A stretch of DNA of 34,418 bases from positions 1-34,418 of the IMG/VR virus record IMGVR_UViG_3300017766_003471; one strand, given 5' to 3'. Below the pieces are notes generated by a model. The model saw only the letters and a list, made by a program, of their open reading frames with translations, made no database searches and was not told the DNA's origin. Each line of letters begins with the position of its first letter. Positions within the stretch are counted from its first letter, which is position 1. A program made the translations under genes and the position numbers. The stretch comes from a virus (Duplodnaviria > Caudoviricetes). Shown piece by piece: positions 10,503 through 19,820 of the stretch.

Positions 10503-11136
10503 AATTTCAGTTATAATTAGAAATCGCAATGAATCTGAATATATAGGTTTTGCAATTCAATCAGTTATTGATCATTTTAAAGATCCAGAAATTATTATTA
10601 TGGATAATAATTCTAATGATGATTCTATAGAAATTGTAAATTTATTTTTGCTTAAAACGAATATACAAATATTCAATATTGATAATTATAGTCCCGGCAG
10701 ATCTATTAATGAAGCAGTAAAACGATGTAGTAATGATATTATTTTAATTTTATCTGCACATTCTCAGATTCATAAAATGGATTATGAATATGTTCAGTCT
10801 TGTTTAAAAAATCATATAGCAGTATTTGGAAAACAAACTCCTATATATAGAGGTAAAAAAATAACACCTAGATATATCTGGAGTCATTTTGGAGCTAATG
10901 AAGTTACTAATTTATTTTCAACTATTGAAGATAGATACTTTTTACACAATGCATTTTGTTTTTATACTAAAGAACATTTATTAAAGTATCCATTTGATGA
11001 AAAACTAATAGGTAAAGAAGATAGATATTGGGCTATTGATCAAGTTGAACTTGGATATTCATTTTTTTATACACCGAAAATAGAAATTAATCATTATTGG
11101 ACTAGTAATGGTGCAACTTGGAAAGGCTTAGCATGA
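10495..11136 (+). CDS. glycosyltransferase family 2
   Basis: ISVIIRNRNE, IIMDNNSND, SAH, FDE...EDRYWA; start reassigned to ATG 10495. Confidence 0.85.
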   Translation: MDKISVIIRNRNESEYIGFAIQSVIDHFKDPEIIIMDNNSNDDSIEIVNLFLLKTNIQIFNIDNYSPGRSINEAVKRCSNDIILILSAHSQIHKMDYEYVQSCLKNHIAVFGKQTPIYRGKKITPRYIWSHFGANEVTNLFSTIEDRYFLHNAFCFYTKEHLLKYPFDEKLIGKEDRYWAIDQVELGYSFFYTPKIEINHYWTSNGATWKGLA

Positions 11137-11846
11137 AATTAGCAGTTTATACAGCATTATTTACAGATTATCCAGATTATTTATATGGAGATCTTATACC
11201 ATATGTACACGACAAAGATGGAATAGATTATATTGCGTTTACTAATAGTGATTATTTAGAATCTGATTTTTGGGATGTACGTAAAATGAATATATGGAGA
11301 TCTGGGCGGTGGACTGCTAGAAAATGTAAAACATCTCCAGAAGAATTATTACCTGAATATGATGCATGGTTATGGATGGATAACGAAATTTATTTTACAT
11401 ATGACCCGCATGATTTATTTTCATTACATTTAACTGATTTTGATTTAGCAGTTCATCTTCATTGTGATCGAACGTGCTTATATCAAGAAGTAAATGAAAC
11501 TATCAATAGAAACCCATTGCGCGATCCTAAGGAGATGATTATTAATCAAGGTTTAGATTATCAACAACGAGGATATCCGGAAAATAATGGTTTATATGAA
11601 AATGGTATATTGTATCGAAGAAATAACGAATTAATTCGAAATTTTAATAAAACATGGTTTGATGAGACGTCAAAATGGAATACGGAAGATCAAATTTCAA
11701 TGATGTATTCATTATGGAAACATCCAGACGTTAAAGTTAATGGATTAAAACAAACATTTGTTTCACACAATTATAGAAATACATATTTGCCATTAACAGA
11801 TCAATTTAAATGTTTACCTAGATCCAATCGATATGTCAAAAAGTAA
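11133..11846 (+). CDS. DUF616 / TOD1-MUCI70-like glycosyltransferase
   Basis: VYTA, YIAFTN, ARKCK..P, WLWMD, H..R.CLYQE, GLYENGILYR, DQIS; ATGA overlap at 11133. Confidence 0.8.
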   Translation: MKLAVYTALFTDYPDYLYGDLIPYVHDKDGIDYIAFTNSDYLESDFWDVRKMNIWRSGRWTARKCKTSPEELLPEYDAWLWMDNEIYFTYDPHDLFSLHLTDFDLAVHLHCDRTCLYQEVNETINRNPLRDPKEMIINQGLDYQQRGYPENNGLYENGILYRRNNELIRNFNKTWFDETSKWNTEDQISMMYSLWKHPDVKVNGLKQTFVSHNYRNTYLPLTDQFKCLPRSNRYVKK

Positions 11847-12849
11847 AATATTATTATTATTTACAAATCATAGAGTTGCTGAAAAGCTATGGCCTATAAT
11901 ACCATTATTATCAATTGAATATGAAATTGATTTATTTTGCGTTGGGTTATTTAGTTTAAATACACCATGGGTTGGTGATATTGATGAGCGTCTCGTTGCA
12001 ATTAATAAATACAATCAATATCTTAATAATGTAATACAAGGGCCTGGAATTAAATTCCATGGAGATAGTATTCACGAATCATTGTTAAATTTTATTGACA
12101 TAAATTCATATAAATTTGTAATTTATGATGATAACCGAGAAATGCAAGAATTTAATATTCCGCATTTTTATAATGAATGTAAGTATAGAAATATCAAAGT
12201 AATTGGCAATGTCCACGGAAATGAAGATATCACAAAAGATGCATCAGGCATTAGTTATGATTTTAAAATGGAATTTCATAATGGCGGCATTCCTGCAAAT
12301 GATACATTAGCTAATGTAGTAGTTCAACCCCAACATATATTAGTTATAACTAATTTCCTAGGTAACCGCGGATCTATATTTCCTATTAATTTTGATCAAC
12401 GATTTGTACACGAATCCGGAATATTAGAATTATCTAAACAATTTAACTTACCGATAAAAATAAAAATAAAAACAAGACTAGATAAACCAGATTATCTTAA
12501 TGATATTTCATATGTAAATAGTTTATTAGAATGTGAAGTTATAACTAATTCAGAAAATATCGATGAATTAATAGCAAATTCTGCAGTAGTTATATCAGCT
12601 CCGTCTACATTATCATTTAAATCAATTCAACTAGGAATTCCTACGGTATTAATTAAAGGTTGTGGTCAAATCGGTAAATTCGAGTATTACCCAGGTCTTG
12701 TTGATTTAAACAAACAACAAATATTTGATTCTATTCAATATCAAATCGATCATGGTAAATTTAATGAATACATACAAACAACGATATCCGGAGGTGATGT
12801 ATTTCAGTCATCTCAAAATTATGTTAACTATATAAAAACAATATTATGA
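11833..12849 (+). CDS. GT-B fold transferase (sialyltransferase / CDP-glycerol transferase-like, putative)
   Basis: VHG motif; C-terminal DELIANSAVVISAPSTLSFKSIQLGIPTV. Confidence 0.55.
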   Translation: MSKSKILLLFTNHRVAEKLWPIIPLLSIEYEIDLFCVGLFSLNTPWVGDIDERLVAINKYNQYLNNVIQGPGIKFHGDSIHESLLNFIDINSYKFVIYDDNREMQEFNIPHFYNECKYRNIKVIGNVHGNEDITKDASGISYDFKMEFHNGGIPANDTLANVVVQPQHILVITNFLGNRGSIFPINFDQRFVHESGILELSKQFNLPIKIKIKTRLDKPDYLNDISYVNSLLECEVITNSENIDELIANSAVVISAPSTLSFKSIQLGIPTVLIKGCGQIGKFEYYPGLVDLNKQQIFDSIQYQIDHGKFNEYIQTTISGGDVFQSSQNYVNYIKTIL

Positions 12850-13541
12850 AAATAATCTATAGAATATCAGATGCTGGTTATAATAAAGTTAAACCAGATT
12901 ACATTAACAACGAAACTTGTCTTAAAAACTTTTGCAATGTATTTTTTGACTATATACATGATATACTAATCATTGCAGATAATTGCAGTGTTTCTACGAT
13001 TGATATGATTAATAAATACATCGATCCGATTAATATCATTAAAGTATCAGTTGGCCATGGCGCCGGAACATTTAATTTAGCATTAGATAATGCATTAACA
13101 TATGATGATGATGAAATTGTTTATTTTGTAGAAAATGATTATTTACATAAACCATATGCTGATAGAATTATACAAGAAGGATTTGATTTAGGTGCATCAT
13201 TTGTATCGTTATATGATCATCCAGACAAATATTTAGATCCTAGTCTAGGCGGAAATCCATATTGCGAAGGCGGTGCTGAAGATACAAGAGTCTATCTATC
13301 TAAATCATCTCATTGGAAAATTACCAATTCAACTACCATGACATTTGCTAGCAAAGTATCAACACTTAAACGAGTTGAATCAACGTTACGAAAACATACC
13401 GTAGGAACACATCCTAATGATTTTCCTATGTTTTTAGAACTTCGAGAACAAAATGAATTGTTAATAACATCTATTCCTGGATATTCAACCCATGGAGAAA
13501 CAGCTTGGTTAGCGCCATTAACAGATTGGAGTAAAATATGA
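12846..13541 (+). CDS. GT-A fold glycosyltransferase (phage type)
   Basis: IIADN, GAGTF, VYFVENDYLH, SLYDHPDKY, STTMTFA, IPGYSTH. Confidence 0.7.
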   Translation: MKIIYRISDAGYNKVKPDYINNETCLKNFCNVFFDYIHDILIIADNCSVSTIDMINKYIDPINIIKVSVGHGAGTFNLALDNALTYDDDEIVYFVENDYLHKPYADRIIQEGFDLGASFVSLYDHPDKYLDPSLGGNPYCEGGAEDTRVYLSKSSHWKITNSTTMTFASKVSTLKRVESTLRKHTVGTHPNDFPMFLELREQNELLITSIPGYSTHGETAWLAPLTDWSKI

Positions 13542-14296
13542 TATCAGTAATAATACCAACTTATAAAAGTCCCGCAACGTTAGATTTATGTTTACGTTCT
13601 GCAATTACAGGACAACAAAATAAAAATCAAATAATAGTTGTTGTCGATGGCTTCTATGACTTGAATAAAGATGTCTTAGAAACATGGAAAGATTCAATTG
13701 ATATCTTGAACTTAGAATCTAATTTAGGTCTTTCCCGCGCCACGAATTTAGGAGTATACAATGCTAAACATGATAAGATACTAATAGTCAATGATGATAA
13801 TGTATTTCCTAGATTCTGGGATACAACGTTGGAAGATGATTGGGAAGATGGTGCTGTTATAACACCTAATCAAGTTGAACCACATCCTTCGATATTCAAA
13901 CAATTCATTATAGAAGATTTAGGAACAACACCAGAAACATTTGATTTAGAAAAATTTTGGTTGTTTGATTATCATTATGCATCTGGCGATAAAAAAGACG
14001 AATCTGGTTCGACACTACCTATATTCATGAATAAGTATGATTATTTACGAATAGGTGGTTGGGATGAAAATTATGAAATGGGTATGGTAGCAGATTGGGA
14101 TTTCTTTTTAAAATGTTCTATTTCGGGTTTAAAAATGATTAGGACATGGAATTGCCATTTTTATCATTTTGCATCCGTTTCGACAAATGGCGAACGTCGA
14201 CAACAAGCAGAACAAAATGGACATGAATATGCCCGATATAAATGGAATAGTTATATTTATTCACATCCTGAGACGAATTGTAAGTTTATAGTTTAA
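13538..14296 (+). CDS. glycosyltransferase family 2
   Basis: ISVIIPT, VVVDG, NLGL..ATNLG, VNDD, GGWDE, DWDF. Confidence 0.92.
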   Translation: MISVIIPTYKSPATLDLCLRSAITGQQNKNQIIVVVDGFYDLNKDVLETWKDSIDILNLESNLGLSRATNLGVYNAKHDKILIVNDDNVFPRFWDTTLEDDWEDGAVITPNQVEPHPSIFKQFIIEDLGTTPETFDLEKFWLFDYHYASGDKKDESGSTLPIFMNKYDYLRIGGWDENYEMGMVADWDFFLKCSISGLKMIRTWNCHFYHFASVSTNGERRQQAEQNGHEYARYKWNSYIYSHPETNCKFIV

Positions 14297-14322
14297 AAAT
14301 TTTATTAAACTAAACTAACAAC

Positions 14323-14331
14323 ATATTTATA
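14323..14331 (+). promoter_or_regulatory. ATATTTATA promoter motif upstream of the lysis cassette
   Basis: Recurrent intergenic motif. Confidence 0.55.
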
Positions 14332-14386
14332 CTAAAATTAAATAGTTATTAAGTTCAACTAGTTATGTCATTTATAAGGAGAAAAA

Positions 14387-14647
14387 ATGACAAACAAAAA
14401 AAACTTTATTAAAAGTATGTTATCTGACGAATCAGGTAATGTTTCATCAAAGAGATTCATAGGAATAGTAGCTGGATTATCTTTATGTATAACAATGTAT
14501 GTTAATAGTTATTCACATGGAGATATTAAACCATCTGATACGTTAGTTAACGCAGTTTCAATGTTATCATTTGGATGTTTAGGATTAGCTTCCGTTGACA
14601 AAATTTTTGGTAAAAAATCAAATAACGATAAAACAGAAAACTTGTAA
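14387..14647 (+). CDS. small two-TM membrane protein, holin-like
   Basis: 86 aa; SSKRFIG then two hydrophobic segments and a charged tail; directly upstream of the GH19 gene. Confidence 0.6.
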   Translation: MTNKKNFIKSMLSDESGNVSSKRFIGIVAGLSLCITMYVNSYSHGDIKPSDTLVNAVSMLSFGCLGLASVDKIFGKKSNNDKTENL

Positions 14648-14648
14648 A

Positions 14649-15260
14649 ATGAGTTTAAAGAGTTTACAAGAAAAGATCGGAGTAACTGCAGATGGTGCTT
14701 TTGGTCCAGGAACAATAAAAGCAGCCATGGCTTTCTATAAACTAACTCCAGTTCGTGCTACACATTTCTTTGCACAAACAGCTCATGAAACGGGAGAATA
14801 CAAATTATTTAGTGAGAATCTAAATTACTCTGCAAAAGGTTTGCAAGGTACATTTGGTAAGTATTTTCCAGGTACGTTAGAAGAATCTTATGCTCGTAAT
14901 CCAGAAAAGATTGCTAATCGAGTATATGCTGATCGAATGGGCAATGGTAATGAAGCTTCAGGAGATGGATGGAAGTATCGTGGAAGAGGCGCTCTTCAGT
15001 TGACTGGTAAAGCTAATTACGAAGCATTTGCTAAATATTTAGGTAAACCAGAAGTAATGACTAATCCGGATTTAGTTGCAACTACTTATGCATTTGAATC
15101 TGCAATGTACTTCTTTGAAAAGAATAAGCTTTGGGCTATTTGCGATAAAGGAGTTGATGCAGCTACAATCACAGCATTGACTAAAAGAATCAACGGCGGG
15201 ACAAATGGATTGGATCATAGAATAGCATTAACATCTAAATACTATAATTATGTAAAATAA
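14649..15260 (+). CDS. glycoside hydrolase family 19 endolysin with N-terminal peptidoglycan-binding motif
   Basis: LQEKIGVTADGAFGPGT; FFAQTAHET; ENLNYS; YRGRGALQLTGKANY; TKRINGGTNGL; start reassigned to ATG 14649. Confidence 0.92.
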   Translation: MSLKSLQEKIGVTADGAFGPGTIKAAMAFYKLTPVRATHFFAQTAHETGEYKLFSENLNYSAKGLQGTFGKYFPGTLEESYARNPEKIANRVYADRMGNGNEASGDGWKYRGRGALQLTGKANYEAFAKYLGKPEVMTNPDLVATTYAFESAMYFFEKNKLWAICDKGVDAATITALTKRINGGTNGLDHRIALTSKYYNYVK

Positions 15261-16369
15261 TGAAAAATCTATCAAAAGAAGAATTACTTAGTAGATTAGA
15301 GGCAATTAATAGAAGTAATGCTATTATTTACTTTGATCTTAGTGGAGTTATATTAGGAGTTAATGACATCTTCTTGGAAGCAATGGGCTATGGTAAAGGT
15401 AACCATAACGATATAATTGGTAAAAAGCATAGCATTTTTGTATGTGAAGATTATGCAAGGTCACTCGAATACGAAAAGTTTTGGGACATCTTAAGGAGCG
15501 GTAAATACTATGCTGGTGAGTTCGAAAGAAGAAGAAAAGATGGAAGTCTTATCAATCTTCAAGCAACTTATAATCCTATCTTTGATGAAGATAATAAGAT
15601 TACCAAGATAATGAAGATTGCTACTGACGTTAGTGCAATTGTTAATAGTAAGAAACAAATAGATGCAATTAACAGAAGCACTGCTTTGATTAGTTTTAAC
15701 ATTGATGGGTTTATAACAGATGTGAATTCTATATTCTTAGAAACCATGGGTTATAAATTCAATGAAAAAGACAAAGTCGTTGGTAAACATCATAGTGTTT
15801 TTGTAAGTTATGAGTATTCTAAATCTGATGAGTATGTTAAGTTTTGGGAAAGCTTAAGAAAAGGTAAGTACTTTGATGGGATCTTTGAAAGAAGAAAAGT
15901 AGATGGTTCTGTTGTTTATTTACAAGCATCTTACAATCCTGTATTTGACAGCAAAGGAAATATTACTGATGTAGTAAAAATTGCTACTGATGTTACTGAG
16001 TCTGTAGTCAATAAAGAAAAAATAGATAAGCTTACAAAGAGTTTGCAAGTGGAATTAGAAAACTCTGAAAAACTTAAAAATGCAGTAGAGATAGAAAAGA
16101 ATGCAGCTTTGAATGATTTGGATATAGTAATGAAAAAGAGTCAGGGTGAGTTGATAAAGATTATTGTTAAGGTTGCTTTGGCTGTTATAGTTGGAGTAGG
16201 AGTCGTAACAACGGTACTATTCTGGGCGGCGATTATAACAAATCAAGATACTCAAATTATTGGTTCAACATGGAGTAACATGTTTAGTGTATTATTAACA
16301 AATGCCTTTTCAATAGTTGGTACAATCATGGGTATCAAGTATGCTACTCAAGAAGGCAGTAAAAAATAA
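15260..16369 (+). CDS. tandem PAS-PAS sensor + coiled coil + two C-terminal TM helices
   Basis: Two 121-aa repeats (AINRS..F...G.I..VN..FL..MGY...G.HH..F...FW..L..G....G.F.R..DG....A.YNP..D.....KIATDV), a heptad-like region at aa ~250-295 and two hydrophobic segments at aa ~305-326 and ~341-359. Confidence 0.88.
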   Translation: MKNLSKEELLSRLEAINRSNAIIYFDLSGVILGVNDIFLEAMGYGKGNHNDIIGKKHSIFVCEDYARSLEYEKFWDILRSGKYYAGEFERRRKDGSLINLQATYNPIFDEDNKITKIMKIATDVSAIVNSKKQIDAINRSTALISFNIDGFITDVNSIFLETMGYKFNEKDKVVGKHHSVFVSYEYSKSDEYVKFWESLRKGKYFDGIFERRKVDGSVVYLQASYNPVFDSKGNITDVVKIATDVTESVVNKEKIDKLTKSLQVELENSEKLKNAVEIEKNAALNDLDIVMKKSQGELIKIIVKVALAVIVGVGVVTTVLFWAAIITNQDTQIIGSTWSNMFSVLLTNAFSIVGTIMGIKYATQEGSKK

Positions 16370-16376
16370 AATAATT

Positions 16377-16384
16377 ATATTTAT
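16377..16384 (+). promoter_or_regulatory. ATATTTAT promoter motif
   Basis: Recurrent intergenic motif. Confidence 0.5.
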
Positions 16385-16403
16385 TAAATATAAGGAATCA
16401 TAT

Positions 16404-16871
16404 ATGAAACTAAGCGAACATTTATCATTAGCAGAAGTAACACGTAGTGAAACTGCAAAAAGAAAAGGTATCTCAAATTTACCAACAGATGCTCATATTG
16501 CAAATTTCAAACTATTAGCAGAAAAGATTTTTGAACCAATTAGAAATAATTTTGGTAAACCTATTCACATATCTTCAGGGTATAGATCTGTAGCTTTGAA
16601 TAAAGCTGTTGGCGGCTCATTGTCTTCACAACATTGCTCGGGCGAAGCAATTGATATTGATATGGATGGCCACGCCGGCGGAATTACCAACAAAATGGTG
16701 TTTGATTATATCAAAGACAACTTAGAGTTTGATCAATTGATTTGGGAATTTGGTACAGACAACAATCCTGATTGGGTTCACGTTTCATATGAATCAACAG
16801 GCAAACAACGCAAACAAATTTTAAAGGCAGTTAAAAAAGCCGGTGGAACATCTTACGTAGCTTATAAATAA
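16404..16871 (+). CDS. peptidase M15 (Zn D-Ala-D-Ala carboxypeptidase-like) endolysin
   Basis: SSGYRS..LN.AVGG..SQH..GEAIDI; FDQLIWE; WVHVSY; start reassigned to ATG 16404. Confidence 0.9.
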   Translation: MKLSEHLSLAEVTRSETAKRKGISNLPTDAHIANFKLLAEKIFEPIRNNFGKPIHISSGYRSVALNKAVGGSLSSQHCSGEAIDIDMDGHAGGITNKMVFDYIKDNLEFDQLIWEFGTDNNPDWVHVSYESTGKQRKQILKAVKKAGGTSYVAYK

Positions 16872-16890
16872 ATTTAAAATTACGACAATC

Positions 16891-17307
16891 ATGAAAACAT
16901 TTCTATTAGTAAGTAGTACAACAACTTTATCATTTATTTGTACGTATTTTTTAAATTTAACAATGCACAATGCAGATCAATATTTGGCTCTAGTTGCAGT
17001 AGTAATGTTAGATGGATTTTTCGGAGTAATTGCCGGAATAAAACGAGAAGGATTTCAAACACGTAAAGCTCTAAAAGTTTTACAAACATTGGTAGTGTGG
17101 ATTATTTTCTTATCAACGTTGCTAATAGTAGAACAAGGATATCCGGGAACAACATGGTTAAGTGAAACAATTTTATTTCCATTCTTATTCTTCCAAATCA
17201 TTAGTGCATTAAAAAATGCATCTATGGCAGGATTTATTGAAGCACAATTATTAACAAGCATATTAGATAAAATAGATCTTCATAAAGGAGATCGTAAAAA
17301 GGATTAA
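16891..17307 (+). CDS. phage holin (Phage_holin_4_1-like)
   Basis: Three to four TM segments; LDGFFGVIAG and QIISALKNA resemble the DxxTG and ExxSIxEN motifs; lies between two endolysins. Confidence 0.7.
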   Translation: MKTFLLVSSTTTLSFICTYFLNLTMHNADQYLALVAVVMLDGFFGVIAGIKREGFQTRKALKVLQTLVVWIIFLSTLLIVEQGYPGTTWLSETILFPFLFFQIISALKNASMAGFIEAQLLTSILDKIDLHKGDRKKD

Positions 17308-17309
17308 CA

Positions 17310-17987
17310 ATGAGTTTAGATGTTACAAAAATCAAACAAGTTCCTTTGAAAGAAACACAGTATTTCAAAGAAGAAATCAAAAAAACACAAATCGTATTGC
17401 ATCACACAGCTGGCAATTCATCTGGTGTAGGCACAATTAAAATGTGGGATACGGATGATAGAGGACGTATTGCAACTTGCGTAACTATATCAGGTAAAGG
17501 TGCATCAAAAGATACATATGATGGAGAAATTTGTCAAGCATTTTCATCAAAGTATTGGGCATATCATTTAGGTATTAAAGGAGATGTATTTCGTGCAAAT
17601 GGTCTTCCTGTTAAAAGCTTAGATAAAACATCAATTGGTATTGAAATTTGTAGTTGGGGGCCATTAGAGAAAAAAGGTGACAAGTTTTATAACTATGTTG
17701 ATAGGGAAGTCCCCGCAGATCAAGTTACTGAATTAGAAACTCCATATAAAGGATATAAGTATTATCATCGATACACTGATGCACAAATTGAATCAGTAAA
17801 GAATCTTTTATTGTATTGGCGCGATACATACGGAATTAATTTGACATACAATGAAACGGATATGTGGTCAGTTTCTAAACGTGCACTTAGCGGCGATAAT
17901 GGTGTATACACTCATAATTCATATCGTAAAGATAAAACAGATATTCATCCATGCCCTAGAATGATTGCAATGTTAAAATCTTTGTAA
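17310..17987 (+). CDS. N-acetylmuramoyl-L-alanine amidase (Amidase_2)
   Basis: IVLHHTAG, WAYHLG, SIGIEI, TDAQI, THNSYRKDKTD. Confidence 0.9.
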   Translation: MSLDVTKIKQVPLKETQYFKEEIKKTQIVLHHTAGNSSGVGTIKMWDTDDRGRIATCVTISGKGASKDTYDGEICQAFSSKYWAYHLGIKGDVFRANGLPVKSLDKTSIGIEICSWGPLEKKGDKFYNYVDREVPADQVTELETPYKGYKYYHRYTDAQIESVKNLLLYWRDTYGINLTYNETDMWSVSKRALSGDNGVYTHNSYRKDKTDIHPCPRMIAMLKSL

Positions 17988-18002
17988 TTATGTCAAGTAT
18001 CT

Positions 18003-18011
18003 ATATTTATA
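18003..18011 (+). promoter_or_regulatory. ATATTTATA promoter motif, 4 nt before the ATG
   Basis: Recurrent intergenic motif. Confidence 0.55.
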
Positions 18012-18015
18012 TAAG

Positions 18016-19065
18016 ATGCTAAACGAATACGAAACACAGAAAACTCTTAATCCAAAACTTTGGGACGGCGACCGGCTTAAGCCAGGCCTGCGTAAAAAGT
18101 TTCTTAAGATTGCAAAAGAATTTTACGCATTCTTAGAAATTGATGCAGAAGTTAAAGATATCATACTAATTGGCAGCAATGCTAATTACAATTGGACAGA
18201 ACATTCTGATATTGATCTTCACGTTGTTATTAATTATATGCAAGTAGGAGAAAACATTCATCTCGTTAAAAACTATTTAATGGCAAAGAAATCCGTTTGG
18301 AATACAAATTATCCACTTTCATTGCAAGGAACTCCAATTGAATTGTATGCACAAGATTCGAATGAAGAATTGCATTCATCAGTAGGGGAATATTCTTTAC
18401 TTAATAATAAATGGATTCGTAAACCTAGTGCTGATACGATATCGATTGATGATAATATTATTGATCAAAAAGTAAAACCATTAGCATATGAAATTGAACA
18501 ACTTGATGCAAATGATCCTAAACTAAAAAAACGAATTAATGCGTTAATGCGTCGTATACGTTCTATGCGACAGGCAGGATTAGATGCCGAAGGAGAATAT
18601 TCAGTAGAGAATCTAGCATATAAAAAACTTCGCAATGACGGTCATTTAGACAAGTTAAAAAATTTATTACGTAAAGTAACAGTAGCATATTTGCAAACAG
18701 AATCCGTTATATATGAAGATGCAATCACATCATTAGCAAAACATGTTAATGGCGAAAAAATGTTAGACGAATCTGGGTGGATGCGCATAATGAAATTTAC
18801 CGGTGCGGTAGAAGATGCAATGGGACAATGGAAACACCCGGGACGTTGCACAATGATACCTAGCAGCAACATAACAATGCGCAATGTGTCACACGCAGTA
18901 ATAGGCATCGATGACACGGGGCATATGAAAATGATGCGCCCAGGCGTTGAAACATATACATACCCAGGCGGTCGAGTATTTGAAATACCCGTAACGCCTC
19001 AACAACGAACAATGATAATGCAATTGCGTAATGCAATACAAAATGGAGCTCGCTATGCAAAGTAG
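18016..19065 (+). CDS. Pol-beta superfamily nucleotidyltransferase with an extra C-terminal domain
   Basis: GSNANYNW...SDIDLH (GS-x-DxD), IELY.QD, GEYSVENLAYKKLR. Confidence 0.82.
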   Translation: MLNEYETQKTLNPKLWDGDRLKPGLRKKFLKIAKEFYAFLEIDAEVKDIILIGSNANYNWTEHSDIDLHVVINYMQVGENIHLVKNYLMAKKSVWNTNYPLSLQGTPIELYAQDSNEELHSSVGEYSLLNNKWIRKPSADTISIDDNIIDQKVKPLAYEIEQLDANDPKLKKRINALMRRIRSMRQAGLDAEGEYSVENLAYKKLRNDGHLDKLKNLLRKVTVAYLQTESVIYEDAITSLAKHVNGEKMLDESGWMRIMKFTGAVEDAMGQWKHPGRCTMIPSSNITMRNVSHAVIGIDDTGHMKMMRPGVETYTYPGGRVFEIPVTPQQRTMIMQLRNAIQNGARYAK

Positions 19066-19246
19066 AGGTTTAGGTGATGACATTAAAAAAATAACTGTAG
19101 CAACTGGTTTAGATCAATTGGCAAAACGAATTGCACAAATACTTGATGAAGATTGCGGGTGTGATGATCGTCAAGAATGGATGAATGAAAAAACAAAAAA
19201 TTGGCCTATATATAAAAAAAGGAACGTAAATGGCAATAATAAATAA
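19055..19246 (+). CDS. small phage protein with CGC motif
   Basis: SRGLGD.I.K.T.ATG...DCGCDDR; start reassigned to ATG 19055. Confidence 0.65.
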   Translation: MQSRGLGDDIKKITVATGLDQLAKRIAQILDEDCGCDDRQEWMNEKTKNWPIYKKRNVNGNNK

Positions 19247-19814
19247 AACAGGTATTACAACGGGTGGCACTATAGAAACTGAACATGTAACTCGTGCAAT
19301 AGATGCATTAAGTGGCGGATCAACAGATACTGTGGTAGCTACTGGTTCTTTTCAAGGAACATTATCTGGAACTGCAACAACTGCAACAACTGCATCATAT
19401 GTTTTAAATGCAGTATCTTCAAGTTTTGCAACAACGGCTTCTTTTGCTCTTAATGCATCCGGTGCCGGATTTCCATATACTGGTAGTGCTAGGATAACTG
19501 GTTCATTAAGTGTAACGGGTAGTTTTAGTCAACTTTCTAACACCGGTGGCAGTTTTTTCAATTCTAATCCCAGTACTAGTATTATTACATTAACGCTTGG
19601 AGCACTCTATTTAACCGGTAGTTCTGTCATATCAGCTAGCAGAGATTCAATTATAGATCTAGGAGGTATTGACTCAAATAAAGGAGCTCTCACAATTCCG
19701 GTGTCTACACTTGGTACTAAACCATTAACTGGTTCTATGTATTTTGATCCAACAGGGCCTACGTTGTACATATATGATGGTTCGGCTTGGCGAGGTTGGT
19801 CCAATGATTTTTAA
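19230..19814 (+). CDS. Ser/Thr/Gly-rich structural (tail-fibre-like) protein
   Basis: TGSF, TASY/TASF and ITGSL repeats; C-terminal GSMYFD...LYIYDGSAW. Confidence 0.6.
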   Translation: MAIINKTGITTGGTIETEHVTRAIDALSGGSTDTVVATGSFQGTLSGTATTATTASYVLNAVSSSFATTASFALNASGAGFPYTGSARITGSLSVTGSFSQLSNTGGSFFNSNPSTSIITLTLGALYLTGSSVISASRDSIIDLGGIDSNKGALTIPVSTLGTKPLTGSMYFDPTGPTLYIYDGSAWRGWSNDF

Positions 19815-19820
19815 TGAATA

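Noticed and set aside
1521-14296. Cellular O-antigen or capsule locus
   Set aside because: No wzx/wzy/ABC export genes; contiguous with phage genes and shares their upstream motif
14289-14312. Hairpin TAGTTTAA/TTAAACTA after the glycan cluster
   Set aside because: Almost all A-T pairs and no U-tract; too weak to call a terminator
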